Of a DNA stretch of 64,000 nt, positions 37,384 to 46,484 are shown one piece after another. Origin of the DNA: Bacilli bacterium (GTDB taxonomy: Bacteria > Bacillota_I > Bacilli_A > RFN20 > CAG-826). How positions within the stretch are numbered: the first letter of the stretch is position 1; each line of letters starts with the position of its first letter. The position numbers and the translations under genes were made by a program. Location: NCBI GenBank assembly GCA_045628045.1, contig JAZQOV010000006.1, forward strand, positions 96,001 through 160,000, in the 5' to 3' direction. The notes beneath the pieces were generated by a model. That model was not told where the DNA came from. It worked only from the letters and a program-made list of their open reading frames with translations, and did not search any database.

Positions 37384-38556
37384 TTAAAATAAATCTTCTT
37401 TTTTAATATAAATCACTTCGACATTTTTAATTGCTTCCTCAATCATTGCTTCGTAGTCCCATTTGTTTTCATACTCTAGAACTTTATCAAGAGCAGGCTT
37501 TGTTTTAGGATTTTTTGGAGCAAAGATTGTACAACAATCTTCAAATGGTCGAATTGAGATATCATAGGTATCAAGCTTCTTTGCTAAATCAATAATATCA
37601 GTCTTATCATAACACACAACAGGTCTAAGAACTGGAATATTTGTAACTGCATTAATTACATTCATTGAATCAAGCGTTTGAGATGCAACTTGACCAACGG
37701 ATTCTCCGCTAGAGATTGCAAGGCAACGTCTTCTTTTAGCCAAACGATCCGCAAGTCTAAACATCATTCTCCTCATAAGGGTGATTGCATAGCTTTCATC
37801 AGATTGTTTATAAATCTCTTCTTGAAGCTTAGTAAATGGAATTATATTTAACCTGATTTCTGGCTGATATTTATTCAATTTTCCCAGTAAATCCTTGAGT
37901 TTTTCAATAACTCCAGCGTTTGTGTATGGTGGGGACGCAAAATGAATGCACTCAATTTTTATTCCTCTTTTCATAAGAAGATATGCTGCAACTGGCGAGT
38001 CAATTCCACCACTTAACATATGCATAATTTTTCCACCTACGCCAAGTGGATAACCACCGACACCTTTGTAAGTGTGAGTGAAAACATAAGCTCCTTCTTC
38101 TCTAATCTCAATTGAAACTAAAATATCAGGATTATGAACATCAACCTTTAATTCCGTGTTCTGGAGAATGACTTTTGCAATTTCACGATTTATTTGATCT
38201 GAAACAATTGGATATTTTTTATTTGCCCTTTTTGAGTGAACTTTAAATGTTTTGCCTTCTTCTTGTTTTACAAGTTCAAGACAAACATTGCGAAGATTTT
38301 CGATGTCTTCATTAGTTTTTAAAACTAATGACAAGGCTTGAATTCCTGACACATCTTTCAAAATTTCAATAATTGGTTCTGGCTCATTATCATTGAGTTT
38401 TACATAAATATGATCGTATTGAGAAATAATTTCAAGACCGGAAAAATCGCTTAAAGCTGCACGAATATTTTTTGCTAAAACTTTAATGAATTCTTTTTTA
38501 TTTTTGCCTTTGGTAGACAATTCTCCAAAGCGCACCATTATGTGATCGTATTTCAT
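37384..38556 (-). CDS. thiI: tRNA 4-thiouridine synthase
   Basis: RFGELSTKGKN, THUMP domain, PP-loop LSGGIDSPVA, GESVGQVASQT, EDCC. Confidence 0.96.
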   Translation of the reverse strand: MKYDHIMVRFGELSTKGKNKKEFIKVLAKNIRAALSDFSGLEIISQYDHIYVKLNDNEPEPIIEILKDVSGIQALSLVLKTNEDIENLRNVCLELVKQEEGKTFKVHSKRANKKYPIVSDQINREIAKVILQNTELKVDVHNPDILVSIEIREEGAYVFTHTYKGVGGYPLGVGGKIMHMLSGGIDSPVAAYLLMKRGIKIECIHFASPPYTNAGVIEKLKDLLGKLNKYQPEIRLNIIPFTKLQEEIYKQSDESYAITLMRRMMFRLADRLAKRRRCLAISSGESVGQVASQTLDSMNVINAVTNIPVLRPVVCYDKTDIIDLAKKLDTYDISIRPFEDCCTIFAPKNPKTKPALDKVLEYENKWDYEAMIEEAIKNVEVIYIKKEDLF

Positions 38557-39674
38557 TTTATTGTCTCCAAAATATTTTTAAGTTCTTCGATAAAATTATG
38601 AAGTTCATCCATAGTTGTCGAAGTTGACATTGAAACTCTTATCGTATTATGAGCACGCAACTCATCTTTTCCTAATGCACTTACTACGTAAGAAGAAGCT
38701 TCGCCCTTTGAATTACAAGCACTAACTGAACTCACAAAAATATTCTTATTTGATAAAGCTTCAACAACAACAGAAGCTTTTTTCTCTAATAATGAGAAAT
38801 TAACAATAAATGTTGAGCCTTTTTCGCTTGAATTAAGTTCAACACCGTTAATGTTTTTAAGTTCATTTATTAAATAAGTTTGCTTTTCCTTCATGTTTTT
38901 AAGTGGATATGAAAGCTTAATTGCTTTAGCAAGAGAACATGCTAAGGCGATAGAAACGGTTCCACTTCTATTTCCTTCTTCTTGTCCACCACCACTTAAT
39001 ACTGGATCAAATGAAATTGAATTTTTCGCAATTAAAGCGCCAGATCCTTTTAAGCCATGAATTTTATGTGAAGAAACAACAAACATATCAATATCATTAA
39101 AATCTAAAGGGGTTTTTCCAATATCTTGAGTTGTGTCAACATGAAAAACAGCTTTAGGATTTTTATGAACAATTTTTGATAATTCTTTAATGTTATTTAT
39201 TGAACCAATTTCATTGTTCGTGCCCATGATAGAAACAAGAACGGTGTCTTTTCTCATCGAATTTTCTAATACTTTTGGTTCTACTACTCCATCTCCGTTT
39301 ACCTTAAGGTAAGTTACTTCAAAACCTTCTTTTTCTAAAGCCTTAAAACATTCTAAAACAGAAGGATGTTCAATGTTAGAAGTAATAAGGTGTTTTCCTC
39401 TAGAAGAATATTTTCTAGCATAGCCTTTTATTGCTAAGTTATTTGCTTCAGTAGAACAACTTGTGAAGTAAACTTTATAATTTTTTAATCCAAATGTATG
39501 AAGTATTGAGTCCCTAGCTTTATTTAAGTAATTTAAAGAATCAACACCGAGTTTATGAATTGAACCACTATTGCCAAAGTGATTAATTTCAATGTCATTA
39601 TATAAAGCGACAACCTCCTTATTTGGGATAGTTGTCGCAGCGTTATCTAAATAAATAACTTTGTTATCTGCCAT
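38553..39674 (-). CDS. iscS: Cysteine desulfurase (NifZ/IscS type, partner of ThiI)
   Basis: YLDNAATT, TEANN, EHPSV, PLP Lys in SHKIHG, SACNS. Confidence 0.92.
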   Translation of the reverse strand: MADNKVIYLDNAATTIPNKEVVALYNDIEINHFGNSGSIHKLGVDSLNYLNKARDSILHTFGLKNYKVYFTSCSTEANNLAIKGYARKYSSRGKHLITSNIEHPSVLECFKALEKEGFEVTYLKVNGDGVVEPKVLENSMRKDTVLVSIMGTNNEIGSINNIKELSKIVHKNPKAVFHVDTTQDIGKTPLDFNDIDMFVVSSHKIHGLKGSGALIAKNSISFDPVLSGGGQEEGNRSGTVSIALACSLAKAIKLSYPLKNMKEKQTYLINELKNINGVELNSSEKGSTFIVNFSLLEKKASVVVEALSNKNIFVSSVSACNSKGEASSYVVSALGKDELRAHNTIRVSMSTSTTMDELHNFIEELKNILETIK

Positions 39675-41373
39675 TGTTTTCCTTAATCTTTTTAAGAATA
39701 TTTCCGCTCATCTTGTAAGCTTCTTCGAATTCGCCATTATTGAAACATGTTTCAGCTTGAGCAACAAGGTTATCAATGTCTGCTAAATGATAACGATGTC
39801 TATTTGCGAATAAAATTGCGTTTTCTGCAAGCATCATCATGTTGTAATCTTGCGCAACATCTCCATCATCAACAATAGCATTTGCGATATTGAAGAATTC
39901 GTGTTGTAAATTATTGACTTCATCAATATCTATTGGACTTGTCACTAAGCCTTGATAAATTTTATTTAACAATTCGTATAATGTATCAAATTTTGGATTG
40001 TATTTTTCAGACACCTTTGTGTTATTCATTTTACGAACCTGAAATTCAGCATTTTTTACCTTAGTATAGAATTCAAATACAGTTCTATATGCTGTTTCGG
40101 CATCTACTTTTAATGAAGCAATATATGAATTAAATTCATCTATATCAGAAATGATAGTATTTGAAGCATTTGAAAGTTCATTCATCTTATTAAGAAGCAA
40201 TGTATAAGGTTGCTTTGTTGTTGAATGAATGTAAGTATCCAACGAACGTTTTAAAGCTCCAACTTTGTTGATGTTGCTTTGAATTTCATTAATTTTGGTT
40301 TTGTGTTCTTCATTAATATTGAAATATTTGCTAACTTCAGGAATTGTGTTTCTCAATTTAATAAAGTTTCTTTCAATAAGATTGACAGTGCTATAAACGT
40401 TTTCGTTATTGTTTTCAAATTGTTCTCTAGCATTTTTCTCTTCATCAAATTGGGTGAAGAAAGAATCAAGTTTATTATTCATTTCCTCAAATTTTTGAGC
40501 TAAACCACCAATTTCAAATCGTTTAATTTGTTTAACATATTCCTCAAGTCTTGCTTCAGATTCTTCAATTGTTTGGACAACACAAAGATGATAAAGAGGA
40601 TATTTCTCATCAACGAGTTGCTTATGGGCTGTTTTAACAGATTCAATTTTCTCAGGAAGTACAGTTGCAGCCATTGTGCATAATGCAGGTAGGTCGCTCA
40701 TGTGCGTAGTAAGTTCATGAAGAATTTGATCGATTGTCGGAAGAATTGTATTTGCTTCATCATATTGAGCAGATTCAACAAGGCCTTCAAAAGTTTCAAA
40801 TTTTTCGTCAATAAATTTGAAAATTTCATCAAATGATGAAGCCATGAGTGCAAGTTCAGATTCCTTTGAATAGTAATCTTGTTTAATGCGGCGAAGTTGT
40901 TCTTTAAAAGAAAGAGCGCTTTGACGGCAATCTTCCTCTGGTTTTACAACCTTTAAAAGATCATCATTAAGTGTATTAACTAATTCGTCATATTCATCAA
41001 CAATTTTATAAATTCTTGGAAGAGCTTCTTTGTAGGCTGAGTAATCTTTTGCATCAAGGAAATCTCTTAATGAAGCAATTGCTTGTTCTGCGTCACCATC
41101 GTTTTTGTTTTTAATTTCCTTAAAACGTTTCAAATATCTTGAATGAGTTTCAACATATAAAAGGTTTGTTCTTGAAATAATTTCGAGTCTTTTAACGTAT
41201 TGAGCAACTTGTCCTATCAATAAAGCATGTAAAAATTGAACTCGTCTATCAAGTTCACGAATTTGTTTTTTTGCGATTTTCTCTCTTAAAACGAAGAAAT
41301 ATATAACTAAAAAGCCTGCTGTTAAGACTCCAAGAGACCCTAACGCTATTCCAATAATTGCACCAGTATTCAT
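39664..41373 (-). CDS. ezrA: Septation ring formation regulator EzrA
   Basis: N-terminal TM, long coiled coil, C-terminal AENAILFANRHR (QNR-patch-like); synteny with rpsD/iscS/thiI. Confidence 0.8.
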   Translation of the reverse strand: MNTGAIIGIALGSLGVLTAGFLVIYFFVLREKIAKKQIRELDRRVQFLHALLIGQVAQYVKRLEIISRTNLLYVETHSRYLKRFKEIKNKNDGDAEQAIASLRDFLDAKDYSAYKEALPRIYKIVDEYDELVNTLNDDLLKVVKPEEDCRQSALSFKEQLRRIKQDYYSKESELALMASSFDEIFKFIDEKFETFEGLVESAQYDEANTILPTIDQILHELTTHMSDLPALCTMAATVLPEKIESVKTAHKQLVDEKYPLYHLCVVQTIEESEARLEEYVKQIKRFEIGGLAQKFEEMNNKLDSFFTQFDEEKNAREQFENNNENVYSTVNLIERNFIKLRNTIPEVSKYFNINEEHKTKINEIQSNINKVGALKRSLDTYIHSTTKQPYTLLLNKMNELSNASNTIISDIDEFNSYIASLKVDAETAYRTVFEFYTKVKNAEFQVRKMNNTKVSEKYNPKFDTLYELLNKIYQGLVTSPIDIDEVNNLQHEFFNIANAIVDDGDVAQDYNMMMLAENAILFANRHRYHLADIDNLVAQAETCFNNGEFEEAYKMSGNILKKIKENNGR

Positions 41374-41546
41374 TTTATCTACCTAATTTCGTGAATATTC
41401 TATCATATTACGATTATGTTTTTAAACAAAAAACACTCAATAAATAAACTTTATATTGATATTATAGATGAAATTTGATGGTTAATATCTATATTAAATT
41501 ACAATTTTTGTTGACAAGAATATTACACTAGTTAATAATATTAACC

Positions 41547-41702
41547 GCATTGTTGCAGCATGTAATTACAGCTCGACTGATGTCCTAACTATCGTGGATA
41601 AGTAGCCAATGCTCATAGGTGAAAGTCAAATTCAGGTACATCCGGAGTAAGGAAATTACACCTCTTGCTAAATAATGCATTTAGTGAAAGGAGTCATATA
41701 TC
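41547..41702 (+). promoter_or_regulatory. Structured rpsD 5' leader (probable S4 autoregulatory leader)
   Basis: TTGACA at 41511; ~155-nt leader, GC-richer than its flanks, with long-range pairings GCATTGTT/AATAATGC and TGTAATT/AATTACA; SD AAGGAG. Confidence 0.6.
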
Positions 41703-42305
41703 ATGAGATATACTGGTTCAGACTACAAAAGATCACGTCGTCTCGGCTTTTCAGTTCTCGAAACTGGAAAAGAACTCGCAAAGAGACCTTATGGTCCAGG
41801 CCAACACGGTAATGGACGTAAGAAAAAACCATCCGAATACGGCAAACAATTGATCGAAAAGCAAAAACTCGAACAAATGTATGGTGTTAACGAAAGACAA
41901 TTCCGTCGTTTATTCAATCTTGCTTTAAAATCAGACGAAGTTACAGGTATTGCTTTCTTCAGAATTCTCGAATCACGTTTAGACAATCTTGTCTACAGAA
42001 TGGGATTTGCAAGAACTCGTAGAGCAGCAAGACAACTCGTCAATCACGGTCACATCACTGTTAATGGAGCAAAAGTTGATATTCCATCATACCTTTGCAA
42101 AGTCGGTGATAAGATTGCTATCAAAGAAGGCCACGACCTCGCAGTCGTCAAGGCTTCACTTGAAAGCAAACCAGCTTCAGTTGGTTATGTCAAAGTCGAT
42201 GCTTCAAAACTTGAAGGTGAATTCGTAAGAGTTCCTGAAAGAAACGAACTTCCAGCAGACATCAACGAAGCCCAAGTCATTGAATACTATAACAGAATGT
42301 TATAA
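41703..42305 (+). CDS. rpsD: 30S ribosomal protein S4
   Basis: MRYTG...PGQHG...LESRLDNLVYRMG...ARQLVNHGHI. Confidence 0.97.
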   Translation: MRYTGSDYKRSRRLGFSVLETGKELAKRPYGPGQHGNGRKKKPSEYGKQLIEKQKLEQMYGVNERQFRRLFNLALKSDEVTGIAFFRILESRLDNLVYRMGFARTRRAARQLVNHGHITVNGAKVDIPSYLCKVGDKIAIKEGHDLAVVKASLESKPASVGYVKVDASKLEGEFVRVPERNELPADINEAQVIEYYNRML

Positions 42306-42326
42306 TTCACTGAATATGAGCAAATT

Positions 42327-42358
42327 AAAGGGAACCATTTTTGGTTCCCTTTTCTTTT
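42327..42358. terminator. Bidirectional terminator rpsD/tyrS
   Basis: AAAGGGAACCA-TTTT-TGGTTCCCTTT. Confidence 0.85.
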
Positions 42359-42369
42359 ACTAAAATGCT

Positions 42370-43623
42370 TTAGTTAAATTTCACTAAATAGTAATTTTTC
42401 TTACCACGTTTAATGACAACATATTCACCAAACAAAGCATCTTTTTCATCAACGACATGAGTTAAGTCTGCAACTTTTTCACCATTGATTGCAACGGCGT
42501 TTCCGTTTACGAATTCTCTAGCTTCACGTTTGGAAGAAGCTGCCTTAATTGCGATAAGTAAATCTTCAAGAAGAAGTCCTTTTGGTTGTTCAACTTTTAA
42601 ATCACCAAATAATTCTTCAATATTTTCTTTTGAAAGAGATTTGATTTCACCTGAGAAAAGAACCTCTGACATTTTCTTGCATTCTTCAGCTTTATCATGA
42701 CCGTGAATTAATTCAATAATCTCATAAGCTAAAGCTTTTTGAGCTATTCTAGCGCCAAGATTTTCATAATGTTCTTTTGTAATTGCTGCGATTTCATCGA
42801 GTGTTTTGAATGAGAAAACCTTCATATATCTTGCAGCATCATCATCACTTACATTGATAAAATATTGATAAATTTTGTAAGGTGAAACAAGCTTTGCATC
42901 AAGGTAAAGTGCACCACCTTCGCTCTTACCAAACTTCTTTCCGTTTTGATCAAGAAGAAGTGGAACAGTGAAACAACCAACTTTTGCTTCTTGTCCTTCA
43001 ATCTTTCGAATAAGTTCAAGACCAGAAGTTAAGTTGCCCCATTGGTCGCCACCACCAATTTGCATAGAAACTCCATGTTCTTGGTGAAGTTTTAAGAAGT
43101 CGACTGATTGAAGAATCATATAAGCGAATTCTGTAAATGAAACACCAGATTCAAGTCTAGAAGCAACAATATCTTTAGATAACATGTAATTTACTGGGAA
43201 ATATTTTCCATAATCTCTAAGGAAATCTAAAACTCCCATTGCACCAAACCATTCATAGTTATTGATAATCATTCCTTTTTCTGGATCAGATAAATCAATA
43301 AATCTTTCAAGTTGTTTTTTAATGCACTCAGTGTTTGCTTTTAATGTTTCAACACCTTGTAAATTTCTTTCTTTTGATTTGCCAGATGGGTCACCAATCA
43401 TTCCGGTTGCACCACCAACAATTGCGATAATTTTATGACCTGCTCTTTGAAGTCTCATAAGCATTGAAATCATAACAAAGTTACCAACGTGCATCGAAGA
43501 TGCAGATGGGTCGAAACCGCAATAAATAGTTTGTTTTGTATTTAATAATTCGCGAACTTCTTCTTCATTTGAGAAATCCTTAATAAGTCCACGAGCTTTT
43601 AATTCGTCAATAATATTTGTCAT
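42370..43623 (-). CDS. tyrS: Tyrosine--tRNA ligase
   Basis: YCGFDP, HVGN, GGATGMIGDPSG, QIGGGDQWGN, KFGKS and C-terminal S4-like domain. Confidence 0.97.
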   Translation of the reverse strand: MTNIIDELKARGLIKDFSNEEEVRELLNTKQTIYCGFDPSASSMHVGNFVMISMLMRLQRAGHKIIAIVGGATGMIGDPSGKSKERNLQGVETLKANTECIKKQLERFIDLSDPEKGMIINNYEWFGAMGVLDFLRDYGKYFPVNYMLSKDIVASRLESGVSFTEFAYMILQSVDFLKLHQEHGVSMQIGGGDQWGNLTSGLELIRKIEGQEAKVGCFTVPLLLDQNGKKFGKSEGGALYLDAKLVSPYKIYQYFINVSDDDAARYMKVFSFKTLDEIAAITKEHYENLGARIAQKALAYEIIELIHGHDKAEECKKMSEVLFSGEIKSLSKENIEELFGDLKVEQPKGLLLEDLLIAIKAASSKREAREFVNGNAVAINGEKVADLTHVVDEKDALFGEYVVIKRGKKNYYLVKFN

Positions 43624-43626
43624 AAA

Positions 43627-44628
43627 CTACTCCTTTGTTGAGCCGCGTTTCTTATACACGGTTTCAATTCTATATGTTTTCTTCTCGAGCTCATTGTTCA
43701 TAAGATCCATGAGCATATGCATTGATCTACGACCGACGTCTTGCATATTAATATTCAAACTCGACAAAGTCGGACGAGTAATATTAGCATATTTTGTGCC
43801 AATTAGCGAGAGAACTTCAACATTTTCTGGAATTTTTAATCCAGAATCTGTTGCAGCATTAACAATTGCGGCAGCGATTGAATCACGATAAGCAACAAAA
43901 TATCCTGAATCATATTTTTTAAAATATTCCATGAAATCTTCGTATGTTCTTGTGGAAGAATCATCTACATTCAAAACTGCATAATTTCTGCCAAGTTCTT
44001 TACAAAGAGAAACGAATGCTTTTTCTGTTCTTGCAAGAAGTCTTCCGCAATCATGAACATGTAAAAATACAGGTGTGATTTTCTTATCTTTTTCAAGCTT
44101 TTCACTAAGAATTCTTTTTAGGTTATGTTCGTAACCAAAAACAATACATCCAACACGTTCGCCTTCAACTTTATTGTTTATAACAATAGTTGGAACATAA
44201 TATGAGTTAATTAATTGAATATCTTCCTCTTCGAGTTCATCATCAAAAATGATGCAACCATCAACGTGAGAGGTAATAACTTTCTCAACAACAGAAAGTG
44301 CGTCTTGTTTTGAGTGGGAGGTTGAAAAAAGTGAAATTGCAAAGCCTTTTTCTTTTGCGACTTCTGCAATGCCGTTTAAAACGGATGAAATGTAAACATA
44401 ATTTGCTCTTGGAATAACAACACCAATTGTTGTTGATCTATTTGTGGCAAGAGCTTGTGCTAAACCTGAAGGTTTATATCCAAGTCTTTTAATGACCGCT
44501 TGAACTTTTTCTCTAGTTTTTTCAGTAACGTTTCCTTGATTATTAATAACACGTGAAACAGTGGCTAAAGAAACACCACTTGCTTTAGCAACTTCATAAA
44601 TCGTTACACGTTCTTTCAAATTTTCCAT
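43627..44628 (-). CDS. ccpA: Catabolite control protein A (LacI family)
   Basis: VTIYEVAKASGVSLATVSRVIN HTH typical of CcpA; synteny with tyrS/rpsD. Confidence 0.8.
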   Translation of the reverse strand: MENLKERVTIYEVAKASGVSLATVSRVINNQGNVTEKTREKVQAVIKRLGYKPSGLAQALATNRSTTIGVVIPRANYVYISSVLNGIAEVAKEKGFAISLFSTSHSKQDALSVVEKVITSHVDGCIIFDDELEEEDIQLINSYYVPTIVINNKVEGERVGCIVFGYEHNLKRILSEKLEKDKKITPVFLHVHDCGRLLARTEKAFVSLCKELGRNYAVLNVDDSSTRTYEDFMEYFKKYDSGYFVAYRDSIAAAIVNAATDSGLKIPENVEVLSLIGTKYANITRPTLSSLNINMQDVGRRSMHMLMDLMNNELEKKTYRIETVYKKRGSTKE

Positions 44629-44649
44629 AATTCCACCTCAATGTGTTTC

Positions 44650-44690
44650 ATTATAAATGAAAGAATTTTCATTCACAAGAAAACTTTTCA
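44650..44690 (-). promoter_or_regulatory. ccpA promoter with cre-like palindrome between -35 and -10
   Basis: Minus strand TTGTGA (44673-78)-17-TATAAT (44650-55); TGAAAGAATTTTCA 44658-71; second box AAGAAAACTTTTCA 44677-90. Confidence 0.6.
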
Positions 44691-44708
44691 CCAATTTTTC
44701 ACGATAAA

Positions 44709-44732
44709 ATAAAAAGGGAACTTTGTTCCCTT
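44709..44732 (-). terminator. Terminator after pncB
   Basis: AAGGGAAC-3nt-GTTCCCTT with a T-tract on the minus strand. Confidence 0.75.
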
Positions 44733-44755
44733 ATAATTATTGTAAGCGATGAAAA

Positions 44756-45856
44756 TTAGTAGATTGGGTAAGGAACTTTTTTAAGTCTTATAGAAGGAAT
44801 ATTTTCGCGTCCTTCCTTAGCTTGTTTCTTGCCATCAAGCATAACTAAATCACCTGTAAATCCAACTGTTGTGTTGTTGCAAAGAGCTGTTCCAACGCCA
44901 TAAGTATCAACAGGAACCCCAAGTGAAACCCATTCAGCAATTTTCTCTGCTGTAAATGAAGATGACACGATAATTTTAACATAGTTAAAACCGTTATCAT
45001 CTAGTGCTTTTCTCAACGCAAAAATAAGTTCCTTACAAACACCATGAGGATCAAATCCGCTAGTGTCTTTATCGTCAAAATAATGGTCGATAAGTGATTT
45101 AGAAGTATCAACTCTAACTGCTCTTAATTCTTCCCCTAAATGTTTTGCGAGCATAATTGAATCATGAACAACATTGTTGTTATAGTCAATTAAGGCTGTA
45201 ACTTTTTCATTTGGGAATGATTTTCTGTAAATATCAGCGGCTTTACAAATATCTCCACCGCAAACTTGAATCAATGCATGAGGCATCGTGCCTACGCCAT
45301 GTCCGCCCCACCAATAACCTTGCGCATCAGTTGAAACTTTTCTAATACCAGCAACATAAGTTGCATAGCCATCACCAATTTGAGTGTGATAATCATCTTG
45401 TCTATCAGCCATCGAAAACACATCATTTCCTTTGAGTGCTTTCATAACTTCATAAACATTTGTGCAAACAGAAGTTCTTCTAGCAAGAATTCCATCAATC
45501 ATGCTCTCTAAAAAACCAAAATTTTCGTATTTGCCAGTTATTTTTAAGACAGGTTCGCCATAGTTAATAATATCGCCATCATTAAGGGCTTCGATTTGCA
45601 ATTCTTCTGGATGAACAGCAAATGTATGTACTAGTGCGATTGCTTCATCAACACCGCACAATTTTACATCATCTTTCCTTTGGAAAAATTGCATTGTTAC
45701 AATATGTCCTGGAACATTTTCTTCAACAATTTTTCTTGATTTTAAGAAATAATTTGCCGCATAAAATCCTTCTTTTAAACGAGGATCAAAATTGAATGTT
45801 TTGTTGGTAAGTCTAGAAATTTTTCCGCTTTCCTTAAGTTTAATTTCAAGTTCCAT
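44756..45856 (-). CDS. pncB: Nicotinate phosphoribosyltransferase
   Basis: ANYFLKS, MQFFQR, GTMPHALIQ, VRVDTS, DTYGVG, AKEGR. Start revised to ATG 45856 (SD AAGGGG). Confidence 0.88.
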   Translation of the reverse strand: MELEIKLKESGKISRLTNKTFNFDPRLKEGFYAANYFLKSRKIVEENVPGHIVTMQFFQRKDDVKLCGVDEAIALVHTFAVHPEELQIEALNDGDIINYGEPVLKITGKYENFGFLESMIDGILARRTSVCTNVYEVMKALKGNDVFSMADRQDDYHTQIGDGYATYVAGIRKVSTDAQGYWWGGHGVGTMPHALIQVCGGDICKAADIYRKSFPNEKVTALIDYNNNVVHDSIMLAKHLGEELRAVRVDTSKSLIDHYFDDKDTSGFDPHGVCKELIFALRKALDDNGFNYVKIIVSSSFTAEKIAEWVSLGVPVDTYGVGTALCNNTTVGFTGDLVMLDGKKQAKEGRENIPSIRLKKVPYPIY

Positions 45857-45866
45857 AATCTTCCCC

Positions 45867-46484
45867 TTATTTTTCAAGAATAATTCTATGAATACTTTTT
45901 CCTACAGACCTAAATTTATTCTCGTATTCAGTTATGAAATCTGTGGTCTCATCAAACTGATAATTTTCTTCATCAGAAATAACTTTAAATTTAGTGAGTT
46001 GAATTTCTTCTTTTGTGTATTCGTAAAGGCCATCATTGTCTGATTTAAAGTATAAACGACCGCCTTTTTTTAAAATTCGATAATATTGTTCTAAAAATGA
46101 AATGAAAGTAAGACGTCTTTTTTCGTGTTTTTTCTTTGGCCAAGGGTCAGAGAAATTAAGGTAAATTGAATGAATAAAACCATCTTTAATTTCGTCAAAA
46201 ATTAGCTCTGCATTCCATGGAAAAACCATAACATTTTTATTACCTTGTTCCACGAGTTTTTTACTCATCATTCCAGCAACAGTTTTTACTCTTTCGATTG
46301 CTAAATAATTGTATTCTGGATGAGCCAAAGAGATGGCTGCAATAAAGTCACCTTTTCCCGCTCCAATTTCAAAAATAACCGGTTTTTCACGGAAGAATTT
46401 ATCGTTTATATCGAGTTTTTGTATAGCAATTTCAGGATGTTCATCAACATAATCAACAGCCCATTGCTTATATTTTGTTCTCAT
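45867..46484 (-). CDS. trmB: tRNA (guanine-N7)-methyltransferase
   Basis: EIGAGKGDF, LNFSDPWPKKKHEKRRLT, TEYENKF. Confidence 0.96.
   Translation of the reverse strand: MRTKYKQWAVDYVDEHPEIAIQKLDINDKFFREKPVIFEIGAGKGDFIAAISLAHPEYNYLAIERVKTVAGMMSKKLVEQGNKNVMVFPWNAELIFDEIKDGFIHSIYLNFSDPWPKKKHEKRRLTFISFLEQYYRILKKGGRLYFKSDNDGLYEYTKEEIQLTKFKVISDEENYQFDETTDFITEYENKFRSVGKSIHRIILEK

Noticed and set aside
41594-41602. DnaA-box-like CGTGGATAA in the rpsD leader
   Set aside because: Single box with a mismatch inside a structured RNA leader; likely incidental.
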